A stretch of DNA of 64,000 nucleotides from Acidobacteriota bacterium. Lineage in GTDB: Bacteria; Acidobacteriota; UBA6911; JACQSX01. The position numbers were made by a program, and so were the translations under genes. Numbering within the stretch: position 1 is the first letter of the stretch; every line of letters begins with the position of its first letter. Shown here piece after piece: positions 20,862 to 30,892 of the stretch. The stretch is from positions 5,210-69,209 of the forward strand of contig JACQSX010000029.1 of the NCBI GenBank assembly GCA_016211105.1, written 5' to 3'. The notes under the pieces were generated by a model. That model was not told the DNA's origin and did not search any database. It saw only the letters and a list, made by a program, of their open reading frames with translations.

Positions 20862-22187
20862 TCAGTTGCCAGCAGCCTCCCGTTCTCCCCGAGTGTCCAA
20901 AACTCGAAGCGCCGCGCGCTTCTCTACCGACAGAATCAGCGTGTCCAAGAATACTAGGAAGCGACCTAGCAACGACATCGACTCGTCGCCTGAGCTCACC
21001 CGCAGACGGTCGATAAAGCTTTCCAACAAGCCCCAATCCTTGAACATCAAGTACCGCATACTGGTTTCGCGGAAGACCCCAAGCGACCGTAGCAACTCAT
21101 CGGCTTCAGGTCGACTTTCCAATGCGAGCGCCACCATCTCGCGAATTGTGCAAAGGTCGTTGTACACGCAAACACTCTCCGTTTCCCGCGAGGCTAGATT
21201 GGAAAAAATTTGATACTCGTCGAAGCCAGGGTTAAACGCCCGGGCAAGCGAAATGAAAACATTTTGATAACAATTCCACAGCACTCCTGCCGCATCCTCG
21301 AGCCGGGCATAAGCGACTTCGATTCTGCCCTCCTTCTCAATCTCCAAAAGCTCCTGTTGAAAAACGCGCCGCATTTCCAGCTTCAGCGCAAACATTAACG
21401 GGGCGATCGCCTCACTGCCACCCGGTGCGAGCAGCTCCCAGCGAGCCAACCACTGCTGCAGCCGCCGTATCAGGATGTTCCCCTGCGTACGTAAATGAAG
21501 AAACAAAGCCAGGAATGCCTTGTAATTAAAGTCGATGCGCAGTCCCTCCGTCACGTAGCGGGCGGTCATAAGAATGCGGCAGATCCGAGCAAACAGTGCC
21601 GTCGTTTCCAAACGCATTTCGGCAGAACCCACCGATAAAAGGAAGCCATGACATGCCGCTTGCTGCCGTGACCGAGAGACTCGTCTCCACAGGAGGTCGC
21701 TAAAGATCCAACTCTTACGAAAGGTAGAAAGTTCACGGTTTAAGATTCGTCCGACGCTTTTGAAAAAGGGAAACGAAATAATTCCCGTGTGCAATTTTTC
21801 ACGCACGATGATCCGAATGTCGTTGACCGCCTCAATCACGAGAATCAACCGCGCACCGATGGCCATTTGCTCTCGAAACGGTGAAAGCACGTGTGTGGAC
21901 TGCGGAGGTGAACCAGCCACATCACAAGCAACTTCTTTGACTTCAGCCTGGTCGTTCGAGATCAATTCGGCTGCCAGTTCCTGGATTCTTCCTAGGATCC
22001 AGTCCGCTGCCCGAAGCTCTTCATAAAAGTTTCTGCCTAAATCGACGATATGGCCCTTAGTCGGCAGGACGTGATAGCGGAAGTACCCATTCAGGCATGC
22101 GATCCACATTTCCATTTCAGAAACGGGATCGAGGCAAAAAATATCTTGCTTAATCATCCGGTCCAAAGAAGAGGGTCCGGAACTCAT
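20862..22187 (-). CDS. Hypothetical protein (441 aa), predominantly alpha-helical and Trp/Arg-rich, no recognisable family
   Basis: Long uninterrupted ORF. The start was moved to the ATG at 22187, which has an AAAGGAA RBS. It overlaps the upstream small ORF by 38 nt. Confidence 0.55.
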   Translation of the reverse strand: MSSGPSSLDRMIKQDIFCLDPVSEMEMWIACLNGYFRYHVLPTKGHIVDLGRNFYEELRAADWILGRIQELAAELISNDQAEVKEVACDVAGSPPQSTHVLSPFREQMAIGARLILVIEAVNDIRIIVREKLHTGIISFPFFKSVGRILNRELSTFRKSWIFSDLLWRRVSRSRQQAACHGFLLSVGSAEMRLETTALFARICRILMTARYVTEGLRIDFNYKAFLALFLHLRTQGNILIRRLQQWLARWELLAPGGSEAIAPLMFALKLEMRRVFQQELLEIEKEGRIEVAYARLEDAAGVLWNCYQNVFISLARAFNPGFDEYQIFSNLASRETESVCVYNDLCTIREMVALALESRPEADELLRSLGVFRETSMRYLMFKDWGLLESFIDRLRVSSGDESMSLLGRFLVFLDTLILSVEKRAALRVLDTRGEREAAGN

Positions 22188-22509
22188 CACATTCCTTTCG
22201 GAGCCCCAGCCAGTCGAAGAAAATATCGGGGTTTTGATTCCAGATGGTAAACCAGCGAGCGATTTCAGCTTTCTCCATCCGTTTCTCTCCGCAGACTTTT
22301 GAATTTCTCGAAATCGCCTCGGCGCGCTTTCGACCCAGGAGGCAAATGCGGTGGCAATAACTGATGCCCTTCCGATCCCCTCTTTTGAAAAACTGCCGAT
22401 AGAGCATATCGATTTTCTGTAGTGAGAGTTCCGCTTCTTGCAGATTGCGAAACTTCAACACGTCCTCAAAATCATTCCGGTAGTCTCGGTCGATCTCGAC
22501 GTCTCTCAT
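22150..22509 (-). CDS. Hypothetical protein (119 aa), no recognisable family; first gene of a two-gene operon with the 441-aa protein
   Basis: ATG at 22509. The ORF ends inside the start region of the downstream 441-aa ORF, in the same orientation. Confidence 0.45.
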   Translation of the reverse strand: MRDVEIDRDYRNDFEDVLKFRNLQEAELSLQKIDMLYRQFFKRGDRKGISYCHRICLLGRKRAEAISRNSKVCGEKRMEKAEIARWFTIWNQNPDIFFDWLGLRKECDEFRTLFFGPDD

Positions 22510-22709
22510 GTTGGGCCTCAAGAATTCTTCGGGAGTATAACATATAAACGACGCGTCGCCGGAAGCAAAGAATCGTCCTGTTTGTGAAAGGGATGACTCG
22601 GCGAAAGGAAAGCGTCTTCATATAAAAGAAGCGGATGAAGGTTCTCGTTTCTTGAAATTAGCGCGCCTTTCGCGAATGATGGTGCTCGCCAGCAAACGAC
22701 AGCGATTCA

Positions 22710-23642
22710 ATGGGTCAGGTTATAGAGATGCGGAAAAAACTCCTTACCTACTATGGGGCGGCAGCGACGCTGAAGTTTTTTTCTGCGCTTCCACTCCCAG
22801 TGGCTTATGCGCTGGCACACGCCGCCGCCGCTGTATACTACTTCTTCGACAGGCGATACCGCCCCATCGGCCTGATCAACCTTCGCATCGCTTTTCCCGA
22901 ACGGAGTGAATCCTGGCGCGACTCGGTCCTGAGGCGCAGCTACAAGAACTTGAGCAATCTCCTAGTGGAGGTAAGCAAATTCCCAAAACTGACGCCAGAC
23001 AAGATCTCCCGCCGAGTTTCCTATACTGCAGGGAGCTTGAGGCGTTACCTGGGTGCAAAGCAAAAAAATAGCGGAGTGTTGTTTCTGACGGCGCACATGA
23101 GCGCATGGGAGTTGTTACCATTTGCTCACGCCCTCTATGGCTATCCTCTAAGTTTTGTGGTACGACCGATCGACAATCCGGATATAAACAAACTCTTGGA
23201 GCGCTATCGAGAAAAGTGTGGAAATCGTGTCATCCCAAAAAGGAATGCCCTCCGCGCGCTTCTAACAATCTTGCGGCGAAAAGGAGATGTGGGCATTTTA
23301 ATCGACCAAAATGTGCTTCCCAGTGAAGGGGTATTCGTGCCACTCTTTGGAAAGGAAGCGTGTACTACGAATGGGCCGGCGATGATCGCCCTACGCGCGG
23401 GTACGCCTGTGTTGCCGGGCTTTATTCTTCCTGACAAGAAGCAAGGGCACTATCTAATCCATTTCGGGGAGGAAATTCCCCTCTGTCGAAACGGCTCCCT
23501 GGAGGAAAACGTTCGCGTTTCTACCGAACGATTTAACCAGATCCTTGAGGACATCATACGCATGTACCCTGACTGCTGGCTTTGGGTGCATAAGCGCTGG
23601 AAGGCGCGTCCAGCCGGCGACCTGCAAGTCATCTATCCATGA
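22710..23642 (+). CDS. Lysophospholipid / lipid A biosynthesis acyltransferase (LpxL/HtrB family)
   Basis: N-terminal TM anchor and LPLAT superfamily motifs (LTAHMSAWE...). The size is HtrB-like. Confidence 0.8.
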   Translation: MGQVIEMRKKLLTYYGAAATLKFFSALPLPVAYALAHAAAAVYYFFDRRYRPIGLINLRIAFPERSESWRDSVLRRSYKNLSNLLVEVSKFPKLTPDKISRRVSYTAGSLRRYLGAKQKNSGVLFLTAHMSAWELLPFAHALYGYPLSFVVRPIDNPDINKLLERYREKCGNRVIPKRNALRALLTILRRKGDVGILIDQNVLPSEGVFVPLFGKEACTTNGPAMIALRAGTPVLPGFILPDKKQGHYLIHFGEEIPLCRNGSLEENVRVSTERFNQILEDIIRMYPDCWLWVHKRWKARPAGDLQVIYP

Positions 23643-24817
23643 ATCACCCGATCGCACAACACTGGAATGAGATCTCTCTACATCCAACACCACAGTGGCT
23701 CCACCCGGAAAGTCAGGACGCATTGCGACAGTTTCTGCGCCAGGATTCTGGAACCTATCTGCTCTGTGGCAATGGCAGCAAATGGTGGCTCGGCAATCCA
23801 TCCGATCCTGTTGGCCACTGCATCGACTTGCGCGGGCTCAATCGAGTTCTCGAATACTCTCCAGGAGATTTGACCGTCAACGTAGAGGCTGGAATCAGCT
23901 TGTTTACACTAAATTCAGTTCTGTCAGAGAAGAACCAAACATTCCCCGTAGATCCACCCATGGCGCGGGAAGCGACCATCGGAGGAATTGTTGCCGTGGG
24001 CATCTCGGGTCCGTTACAACAGCTCTACGGATCGGTGCGCGATAAGGTTTTGGGAATGAAGGTTATGCACGCCGACGGCACTATCACCCGAGCAGGGGGA
24101 AGAGTGGTAAAAAACGTCGCCGGCTATGACCTATGCAAGTTGTACACCGGGTCTCTGGGAACCTTGGTTGCTATCCTGGAAGTTATACTGCGGGTCTTTC
24201 CCGCTTCTCAGGCTACGCGTTCAGTTGTGATACCAACGTTCAGTTGCGAGCAAGCCAAAGCGATGTTTATGGAAATGCGCCGCATGCCACTGGCACCGTC
24301 TGGCGTCGTCTACTGGGAAATCGGTAATCAATCTCCCTGTTTGCTGATGCGTATTTGCGGCGCCCCAAAATTGGTAGATGAGCAGGCATCACGGCTCGCC
24401 TCAGAATTTCCTTCGGCGGGCATCCAATCCGCAGATCTGATTGGTTCCGCGTTCCATTCTTTCTATCGAAACCCCTGTCCGATATGGCTGCGGATCGAAT
24501 CGCTTCTCAGCTCAATGGAGGAAGTGGTGCGCCGCGTCTGCCAGGAACTCATGGTGAATTCCGCCATGATTGATTTCAGTTCCGGCCGATGTCATTTCGC
24601 GGTCTCTTCTGCCTCGGCTGAAGATCTGGGCCGTATTCGAGGTAATCTCAAGGAGCTGAACGCGGCGCTAATCATCGAAAAGGCGCCACTTTCCCTCAAA
24701 CAACAAGTCGACGTCTGGGGGTCAACCAGGAGTGATCTGATGCTGGCGCGCAAAATCAAAGCGACACTGGATCCGCGGAGGCGATTCAACCCAGGAATTT
24801 ATGTCCGCGATATCTGA
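23639..24817 (+). CDS. FAD-linked oxidase, GlcE-like FAD-binding subunit
   Basis: FAD-binding PCMH domain (GGIVAVGISGP...VVKNVAGYDLCKLYTGSLGTL). The ATG overlaps the upstream stop (ATGA). Confidence 0.8.
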   Translation: MNHPIAQHWNEISLHPTPQWLHPESQDALRQFLRQDSGTYLLCGNGSKWWLGNPSDPVGHCIDLRGLNRVLEYSPGDLTVNVEAGISLFTLNSVLSEKNQTFPVDPPMAREATIGGIVAVGISGPLQQLYGSVRDKVLGMKVMHADGTITRAGGRVVKNVAGYDLCKLYTGSLGTLVAILEVILRVFPASQATRSVVIPTFSCEQAKAMFMEMRRMPLAPSGVVYWEIGNQSPCLLMRICGAPKLVDEQASRLASEFPSAGIQSADLIGSAFHSFYRNPCPIWLRIESLLSSMEEVVRRVCQELMVNSAMIDFSSGRCHFAVSSASAEDLGRIRGNLKELNAALIIEKAPLSLKQQVDVWGSTRSDLMLARKIKATLDPRRRFNPGIYVRDI

Positions 24818-26087
24818 TTTTGCCGCAAAGGCAGAAAACCTGGATTGCATCCACTGCGGTCTTTGTCTTTCATCCTGCCCCACCTACACACAACTCTGGC
24901 GCGAAGCAGATTCTCCACGCGGGCGAATTTATCTCATTAACGCGCTTCGGCAGGGACGAATCGGGATTGACCGTACGTTTCAAGAGCACATCGACCTTTG
25001 CCTCGGGTGCCGTTCTTGCGAAAGTGCCTGTCCCTCGGGAGTCCAGTTCGAACGCTTGTTAATCGAAGCGCGCGCGAAGATGGAAAAAGTAATGCCACGC
25101 GGAGGGCTGCAAAGCCTGCTCCGCAGAGTCGGATTTCATTACCTGCTCCCCTACCCCGGGCGGCTACATGCATTTTTCAGATTCACTCGTCACATGCAGA
25201 AGTTGCCGGTAACGAAAATGCGCAAGCTGGTTACTCCCAGCTCATTCATTGGGCGAAGCTTGGAATTATTGGAAGATCTCCCATGGATAGATCCACGATC
25301 GTTCATTCTCATCGGGAGTTTTGCTGCGCTGGCGCCACGCCGGCGGGCAGTTGCTTTCTTTCGCGGCTGCGTAATGAACGAAGTATACTTTCCTGCCCAG
25401 CTTGCCACCCTCCACGTCCTGCGAACGGCGGGTTGCGACATCGAAGTCATTAGAGAACAAACTTGTTGCGGTGCCCTGCACGAACACAATGGCTACCGAG
25501 TACACGCACGCGAACTGGCGTGGCAGAATATTCAGGGCTTTAAGAAACTTCCTCATGTACCGATTATCTCCAATTCAGGCGGATGCGGGGCTTTTCTTAA
25601 GCACTACGATTCCCTGTTCGATGTCACGGATCCACGACGCAAAGAAGCAGAAGCGTTCAGCGCCCGAATACGTGATTTTTCACAATTCTTAATCGATCTC
25701 CAGTGGGAGTTGCCGCTGGCTCCTCTGGACATGCGTATCACGTACCACGACCCTTGTCACTTGATTCACGGGCAGGGAATTTCACAGCAGCCACGGCTTC
25801 TCCTGCAACAAATTCCAGGCATCCAGTACGTGGAACTGCGCAGGGCCTCGTCATGCTGCGGCAACGCCGGCACGTACAGCCTTACGGAACCGGGGATGTC
25901 AGCTCGCGTGCTGCACGACAAAATTGAAAACATCGCCGCAACCGGAGCGCAGGCGGTGATCACCGCCAATCCCGGTTGCATGCTGCAAATACAATCTGGC
26001 CTACGAAAGGCGGGACTCGATATCCAGGTGCTTCACTTGGCGGAGTTTCTGAGCAGATCGCTCCGCGGTTCCACTCACAAAAGATAG
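24801..26087 (+). CDS. Fe-S oxidoreductase, GlcF-like (two 4Fe-4S ferredoxin motifs plus CCG domains)
   Basis: CIHCGLCLSSCP and CLGCRSCESACP cluster motifs, with Cys-rich CCG repeats in the C-terminal half. It overlaps the upstream gene by 17 nt. Confidence 0.85.
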   Translation: MSAISDFAAKAENLDCIHCGLCLSSCPTYTQLWREADSPRGRIYLINALRQGRIGIDRTFQEHIDLCLGCRSCESACPSGVQFERLLIEARAKMEKVMPRGGLQSLLRRVGFHYLLPYPGRLHAFFRFTRHMQKLPVTKMRKLVTPSSFIGRSLELLEDLPWIDPRSFILIGSFAALAPRRRAVAFFRGCVMNEVYFPAQLATLHVLRTAGCDIEVIREQTCCGALHEHNGYRVHARELAWQNIQGFKKLPHVPIISNSGGCGAFLKHYDSLFDVTDPRRKEAEAFSARIRDFSQFLIDLQWELPLAPLDMRITYHDPCHLIHGQGISQQPRLLLQQIPGIQYVELRRASSCCGNAGTYSLTEPGMSARVLHDKIENIAATGAQAVITANPGCMLQIQSGLRKAGLDIQVLHLAEFLSRSLRGSTHKR

Positions 26088-26281
26088 CATTGCCGCCACC
26101 GGGAGCGCCCCCTATACTGTAAAGGCGCTTCGGCGCAATCCGAACCCCGCAGCAGGCGCTGGGTGAAGGCTGATCGACATCTTTCGAAGAGCCGACAAAT
26201 TGCGACGGTACGCCACAAGGCCTAGCCCTCGGGAAATACGACGACAGCGCAAGAAGTCCAAAAAGGAGAGATTATCTCGAT

Positions 26282-26935
26282 ATGCTTGAGTGGCTCTACG
26301 AGTTTTTTTCCCGATTGCACAATCTAGAAGAATTAATCCAGTGGGGTGGCTACAGCGTTCTGGGAGGTATCGTTTTCTGCGAGACCGGTATCATGCTTGG
26401 ATTTTTTCTACCCGGAGATTCTCTCTTAGTAACGGCGGGATTGTTCGCCGCTAAAGGCGATCTGCATATTGTTTGGTTGAACGTGGGGTTGAGTGTAGCA
26501 GCAATCTCGGGAGACAGTCTCGGATATTGGATTGGAGCCAGAGGCGGCAAAAAAATTTATTCCCGCCCAGACTCGCGCTTCTTTCGTCGGCAACATCTGC
26601 TTGCCGCCAAATCTTTCTATGACAAGCACGGAGGCAAGACCATCGTATTCGCGCGGTTCATGCCCATCGTTCGCACCTTCGCGCCGGTGGTTGCAGGAGT
26701 GGCGGAGATGAACTACTCAAGTTTCCTTACATATAACATCCTCGGCGGTCTTGGCTGGGTGTTCAGCATGACGATGTTGGGATTTATCCTCGGCAAAAGC
26801 ATTCCCAATGTGGATCAATATATCTACTGGGTCGTAACCGTAGTTATCATCCTATCTCTGCTTCCTGGTTTTGCACATTACTGGAAGGAACGAAAGCAAT
26901 CAAATGTCGAACTGGGAATTGCAGATGAGGAATGA
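26282..26935 (+). CDS. DedA/SNARE-associated family inner-membrane protein
   Basis: DedA signature (GFFLPGDSLLVTAG; FARFMPIVRTFAPVVAG). Confidence 0.85.
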   Translation: MLEWLYEFFSRLHNLEELIQWGGYSVLGGIVFCETGIMLGFFLPGDSLLVTAGLFAAKGDLHIVWLNVGLSVAAISGDSLGYWIGARGGKKIYSRPDSRFFRRQHLLAAKSFYDKHGGKTIVFARFMPIVRTFAPVVAGVAEMNYSSFLTYNILGGLGWVFSMTMLGFILGKSIPNVDQYIYWVVTVVIILSLLPGFAHYWKERKQSNVELGIADEE

Positions 26936-27510
26936 AAAACCCGTCTCTAAGAGGTTGGGATCACGCCACAATGGCCACTCGCACAAACCGAAAAACCGAA
27001 TTTGTAAGTCAACTTGGTATGATGCGAGATTTCAAATTGCGCATCGCTGTTATTGGAACGTCGGTTACGATGCCACAGACCGATCTCCTGGCTGAAAAGG
27101 TGGGTTTTCTGATTGCCACCAACGGCGCCATCCTCTTATGCGGGGGCTTGGGAGGCATCATGGAGGCCGCAGCGCGCGCCTGCAAACAAGCCGGCGGCAC
27201 CACCGTCGGGATTCTGCCTGGAATCTCGGAACTGGAGGCCAATCCTCATATCGATATCCCTATTGTCACGGGCCTGGCCGAAGCCCGCAATGCCGTGTTG
27301 ATTCGATCCAGCCATGCAGCCATCGCCATCGGCGGAGGATATGGAACCCTTTCAGAAATAGGATTCGCACTTAAGCTGGAAATTCCGGTGGTGGGGCTGG
27401 AAACCTGGAAATTCGCATCTTCTGGACCCTGCCCGGACCTGCATTACGCCGGCTCTGCAGAAGAAGCAGTGCAAATGGCGCTACAGTTGGCGCGGGACAA
27501 GCTCCGCTAG
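26932..27510 (+). CDS. TIGR00725 / LOG-like Rossmann-fold nucleotide-binding protein
   Basis: GGxGxME and IALPGGxGTL motifs (CGGLGGIMEA; IAIGGGYGTLSE). A possible alternative ATG start is at 27019. Confidence 0.7.
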   Translation: MKNPSLRGWDHATMATRTNRKTEFVSQLGMMRDFKLRIAVIGTSVTMPQTDLLAEKVGFLIATNGAILLCGGLGGIMEAAARACKQAGGTTVGILPGISELEANPHIDIPIVTGLAEARNAVLIRSSHAAIAIGGGYGTLSEIGFALKLEIPVVGLETWKFASSGPCPDLHYAGSAEEAVQMALQLARDKLR

Positions 27511-27600
27511 TCCTGTTGCCTTTCCGGATATCAATTGCAGCCTGCGAATTTCGGATTCCCCCCAGAATCGAAATCCGCGGCGCGCAATCTGGTCGACGCG

Positions 27601-30600
27601 CTAGCCCGAGAAGTCGCTCCCTGCCATCCTTCTTACTTCGAATCCCTTCCAGATTTCGTAAATGGCCGGATAGACGAGCAACTCCAGCAGGAAAGACGTG
27701 AAGATTCCGCCAATCATTGGAGCTGCAATGCGCCTCATGACATCAGCTCCAGCACCCACGGACCACATAATGGGCACCAGGCCCATAAACATCACCCCTA
27801 CCGTCATGACCTTGGGCCGCAAGCGTCTGACCGCGCCAAACTCAATGGCTTGTTTGAGGTCCGCCGTCGACTTCATCGTTCCCTGAGCAACACGCTCGGC
27901 ATAAGCCAGGTCCAAATAGAGAAGCATAAACACGGCCGTCTCTGCATCCACTCCCAGCAGCGCAATCAATCCCACCCAAACCGCGATGCTCATGTTGTAG
28001 TTCAGTAGATAAAGCAACCAAATCGCCCCGACCGCAGAGAACGGCACTGCCAGGAAAATGATGAATGTCTTCGCCACCGAGCCGGTGTTCAGGTAGAGCA
28101 AAAGAAAAACGATAATCAGCGTCACCGGGACGACATAAAGCAGGCGCTCTTTCACTCTTTGCATGTATTCATACTGTCCGCTCCACAACAGTTGATAACC
28201 CGGGGGAACCTGCAATCTTTCGGCAACAACTTTCCTGGCTTCTTCCACGTACCCTCCAAGATCGCGTCCAGTCACATCCACATAGACAAAACCAGCCAGA
28301 AAACCTTCCTCGTTTTTTATCATCGGAGGCCCCGTCCGCACCGTCAGCCGCGCCAACTGCGCCAGAGGAACCTGAGCGCCGGTCGCTGTAGGCACTAACA
28401 CCCTCTGTAACTGGACAAGATTTTCCCGCAGGCCGCGGGCATAGCGGACATTGATCGGGTATCGCTCTCGACCTTCAATCGTGTTGGTGATGTTCTTGCC
28501 ACCGATGGCAGTCTCGATCACGTTGTTGATCTCTCCGACGCTCAGACCATAGCGAGCGGCCTCGCGCCGATCCACTTCAAAATCCAAGTAATATCCTCCC
28601 GTAACGCGTTCGAAAAAGGCGCTGCGCGTTCCAGCAATTTCCTGAACTATTTTCTCAAGCCGGATCCCCACCTCCTCGATCGTTTCAAGTTTCGGCCCCA
28701 AGATCTTGATGCCTACCGGCGTTCTCATACCGGTCGTGATCATGTCGATTCGAGTGCGGATGGGGAAAAGCCAAGCGTTGGGAAACGACGGAATCTGCAC
28801 CGCTCCGTCCATTTGAGTAATAAGTTCTTCCCATGCGATGGGTCGTTCCTCGGGCCAAATTGCGCGCAATGGCCTCTTCCAAAATTCGGGCAGCCAGCTC
28901 GAATACCACCGATTCTGCCTGACTCTACGCCACTCGTTTTCCGGTTTTAGCACCACCGTCGTCTCGACCATGCTCAGAGGCGCCGGATCGGTGGCGGTTT
29001 CCGCCTTACCGATCTTTCCAAAAACGCTCTGGACCTCGGGAAACTGCTTAATCAATTTGTCTTGAATCTGAAGATACCGGGTGGCTTCGGTGATTGAAAT
29101 TCCTGGCAGGGTAATGGGCATGTAGAGGATCGTCCCCTCATTGAGCGGAGGCATAAATTCGGAACCGAGCTTTTGATACACCGGGATCGTTGCCATTACC
29201 ACAAGCGCAGCCGCGGCAATCACAAACCATTTATGGGCGAGAACGAAACGCAGCGCTGGCTGATACATCCGCATCAAAGGACGACTGATCGGGTGGCGCT
29301 CTTCACTATGAATCTTTCCAACCAGGACTGCATTTACGATTCGAGCCAGCCATCGGGGACGGAAGTGGAACTCCTTGGTCCGCATAAAGAGGAGTCGCAG
29401 CGCTGGGTCCAGGGTGATGGCCAGCAACGCGGCGATGGCTACCGAGAAGTTTTTCGTAAACGCAAGCGGTTTAAACAGGCGTCCCTCCTGAGCTTGCAGC
29501 GCGAAGATGGGGAGGAACGAAATGGCGATAACCAACAACGAAAAGAAACTGGGTCCACCCACTTCTTTCACGGCGTCGACAATGACGCGGGTGGCGCTTT
29601 CCCGGCGTCCGCCGGATTCCCATTGCTCCAACTTCTTATGAGTCTGCTCCACCACTACAATCGCTGCGTCCACGATGGCTCCAATTGCGATGGCAATGCC
29701 ACCCAACGACATGATGTTGGAGGTGATCCCCATCGAATACATCGGGATAAACGACAGAATGATGGCCACGGGGATGGTGATTATGGGAATGACGGCGCTG
29801 GGGATGTGCCAGAGGAAGACCAAAATGACCAGGCTGACAATCGCAAGCTCCTCGATCAACGTACGCTTTAACGTGTCGATGGATCGCCGGATCAGGTCGG
29901 ATCGGTCATAGGTGACCGTCACTTCGACTCCTTCTGGTAAGGAGCTTTCGATCTCCTCCAGCTTGTTTTTCACTCGCCCGATGACATCCATGACATTCTC
30001 GCCGTAGCGTACAATCACGATCCCACCTGTTACTTCTCCTTCTCCATTAAGCTCAACGATGCCCCGCCGCATGTCGGGCCCAAGCTGCACAGTGGCCACA
30101 TCCTCCACCAGGATCGGCGTCCCCTTTCCGTCTGATCCCACCACCAGGCTCTGGATATCGTCCACAGAGCTCAGATAGCCTCTTCCACGGACGATGTACT
30201 CTTTCCCGGTAAATTCCACAACTCGTCCCCCCACCTCGTTGTTGCTGTTGCGTATTCCTTCGATCACGTTATGGGGCGACAAATTAAAGGCGAGCAATTT
30301 ATTCGGGTCCAGTATCACCTGATATTGCTTGACATACCCGCCGACTGACGCAACTTCGGCCACTCCAGGCACACTTTCCAGCCAATAGCGCATGTACCAG
30401 TCATTGAACGAGCGCAACTGCGCCAGATTATGTTTCCCTCTTCGATCCACCAGCGCGTACTCAAATGCCCAACCGACTCCGGTCGCGTCCGGACCCAGAC
30501 TTGGCGTTACACCTTCCGGAAGTTTGCCGGCGATCTTGCTCATGTACTCAAGCGCGCGGCTTCGGCCCCAATAGATATCGGTCCCTTCTTCGAAAATCAC

Positions 30601-30882
30601 ATAAACGTAAGAGAAGCCATAGTCCGAAATCCCTCGCACCACGCTGACGTGCGGCGCAGCAAGCATGGTGGAGACGATCGGGTAAGTGATCTGATCTTCC
30701 ACCAGGTCCGGGCTCCGTCCCGGCCATTCGCTATAAATGATTACCTGCGGATCGGACAAATCTGGAATCGCATCCAGCGGAAGATGGAACATGGACCAGA
30801 GCCCAATCGCAACTCCACTTATCACCAGGAAGACCACGAGAAACCGATGCGCGGCGCAGTATTCAATGATTTGGTGGATCAT
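27601..30882 (-). CDS. cusA: Heavy-metal (Cu/Ag-type) RND efflux pump, CusA/CzcA family
   Basis: About 1090 aa with 12 TMs and two large periplasmic loops; HME-RND N-terminus MIHQIIEYCAAHRFLV. The start was moved to the ATG at 30882. Confidence 0.95.
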   Translation of the reverse strand: MIHQIIEYCAAHRFLVVFLVISGVAIGLWSMFHLPLDAIPDLSDPQVIIYSEWPGRSPDLVEDQITYPIVSTMLAAPHVSVVRGISDYGFSYVYVIFEEGTDIYWGRSRALEYMSKIAGKLPEGVTPSLGPDATGVGWAFEYALVDRRGKHNLAQLRSFNDWYMRYWLESVPGVAEVASVGGYVKQYQVILDPNKLLAFNLSPHNVIEGIRNSNNEVGGRVVEFTGKEYIVRGRGYLSSVDDIQSLVVGSDGKGTPILVEDVATVQLGPDMRRGIVELNGEGEVTGGIVIVRYGENVMDVIGRVKNKLEEIESSLPEGVEVTVTYDRSDLIRRSIDTLKRTLIEELAIVSLVILVFLWHIPSAVIPIITIPVAIILSFIPMYSMGITSNIMSLGGIAIAIGAIVDAAIVVVEQTHKKLEQWESGGRRESATRVIVDAVKEVGGPSFFSLLVIAISFLPIFALQAQEGRLFKPLAFTKNFSVAIAALLAITLDPALRLLFMRTKEFHFRPRWLARIVNAVLVGKIHSEERHPISRPLMRMYQPALRFVLAHKWFVIAAAALVVMATIPVYQKLGSEFMPPLNEGTILYMPITLPGISITEATRYLQIQDKLIKQFPEVQSVFGKIGKAETATDPAPLSMVETTVVLKPENEWRRVRQNRWYSSWLPEFWKRPLRAIWPEERPIAWEELITQMDGAVQIPSFPNAWLFPIRTRIDMITTGMRTPVGIKILGPKLETIEEVGIRLEKIVQEIAGTRSAFFERVTGGYYLDFEVDRREAARYGLSVGEINNVIETAIGGKNITNTIEGRERYPINVRYARGLRENLVQLQRVLVPTATGAQVPLAQLARLTVRTGPPMIKNEEGFLAGFVYVDVTGRDLGGYVEEARKVVAERLQVPPGYQLLWSGQYEYMQRVKERLLYVVPVTLIIVFLLLYLNTGSVAKTFIIFLAVPFSAVGAIWLLYLLNYNMSIAVWVGLIALLGVDAETAVFMLLYLDLAYAERVAQGTMKSTADLKQAIEFGAVRRLRPKVMTVGVMFMGLVPIMWSVGAGADVMRRIAAPMIGGIFTSFLLELLVYPAIYEIWKGFEVRRMAGSDFSG

Positions 30883-30892
30883 TGTGGGTCCT

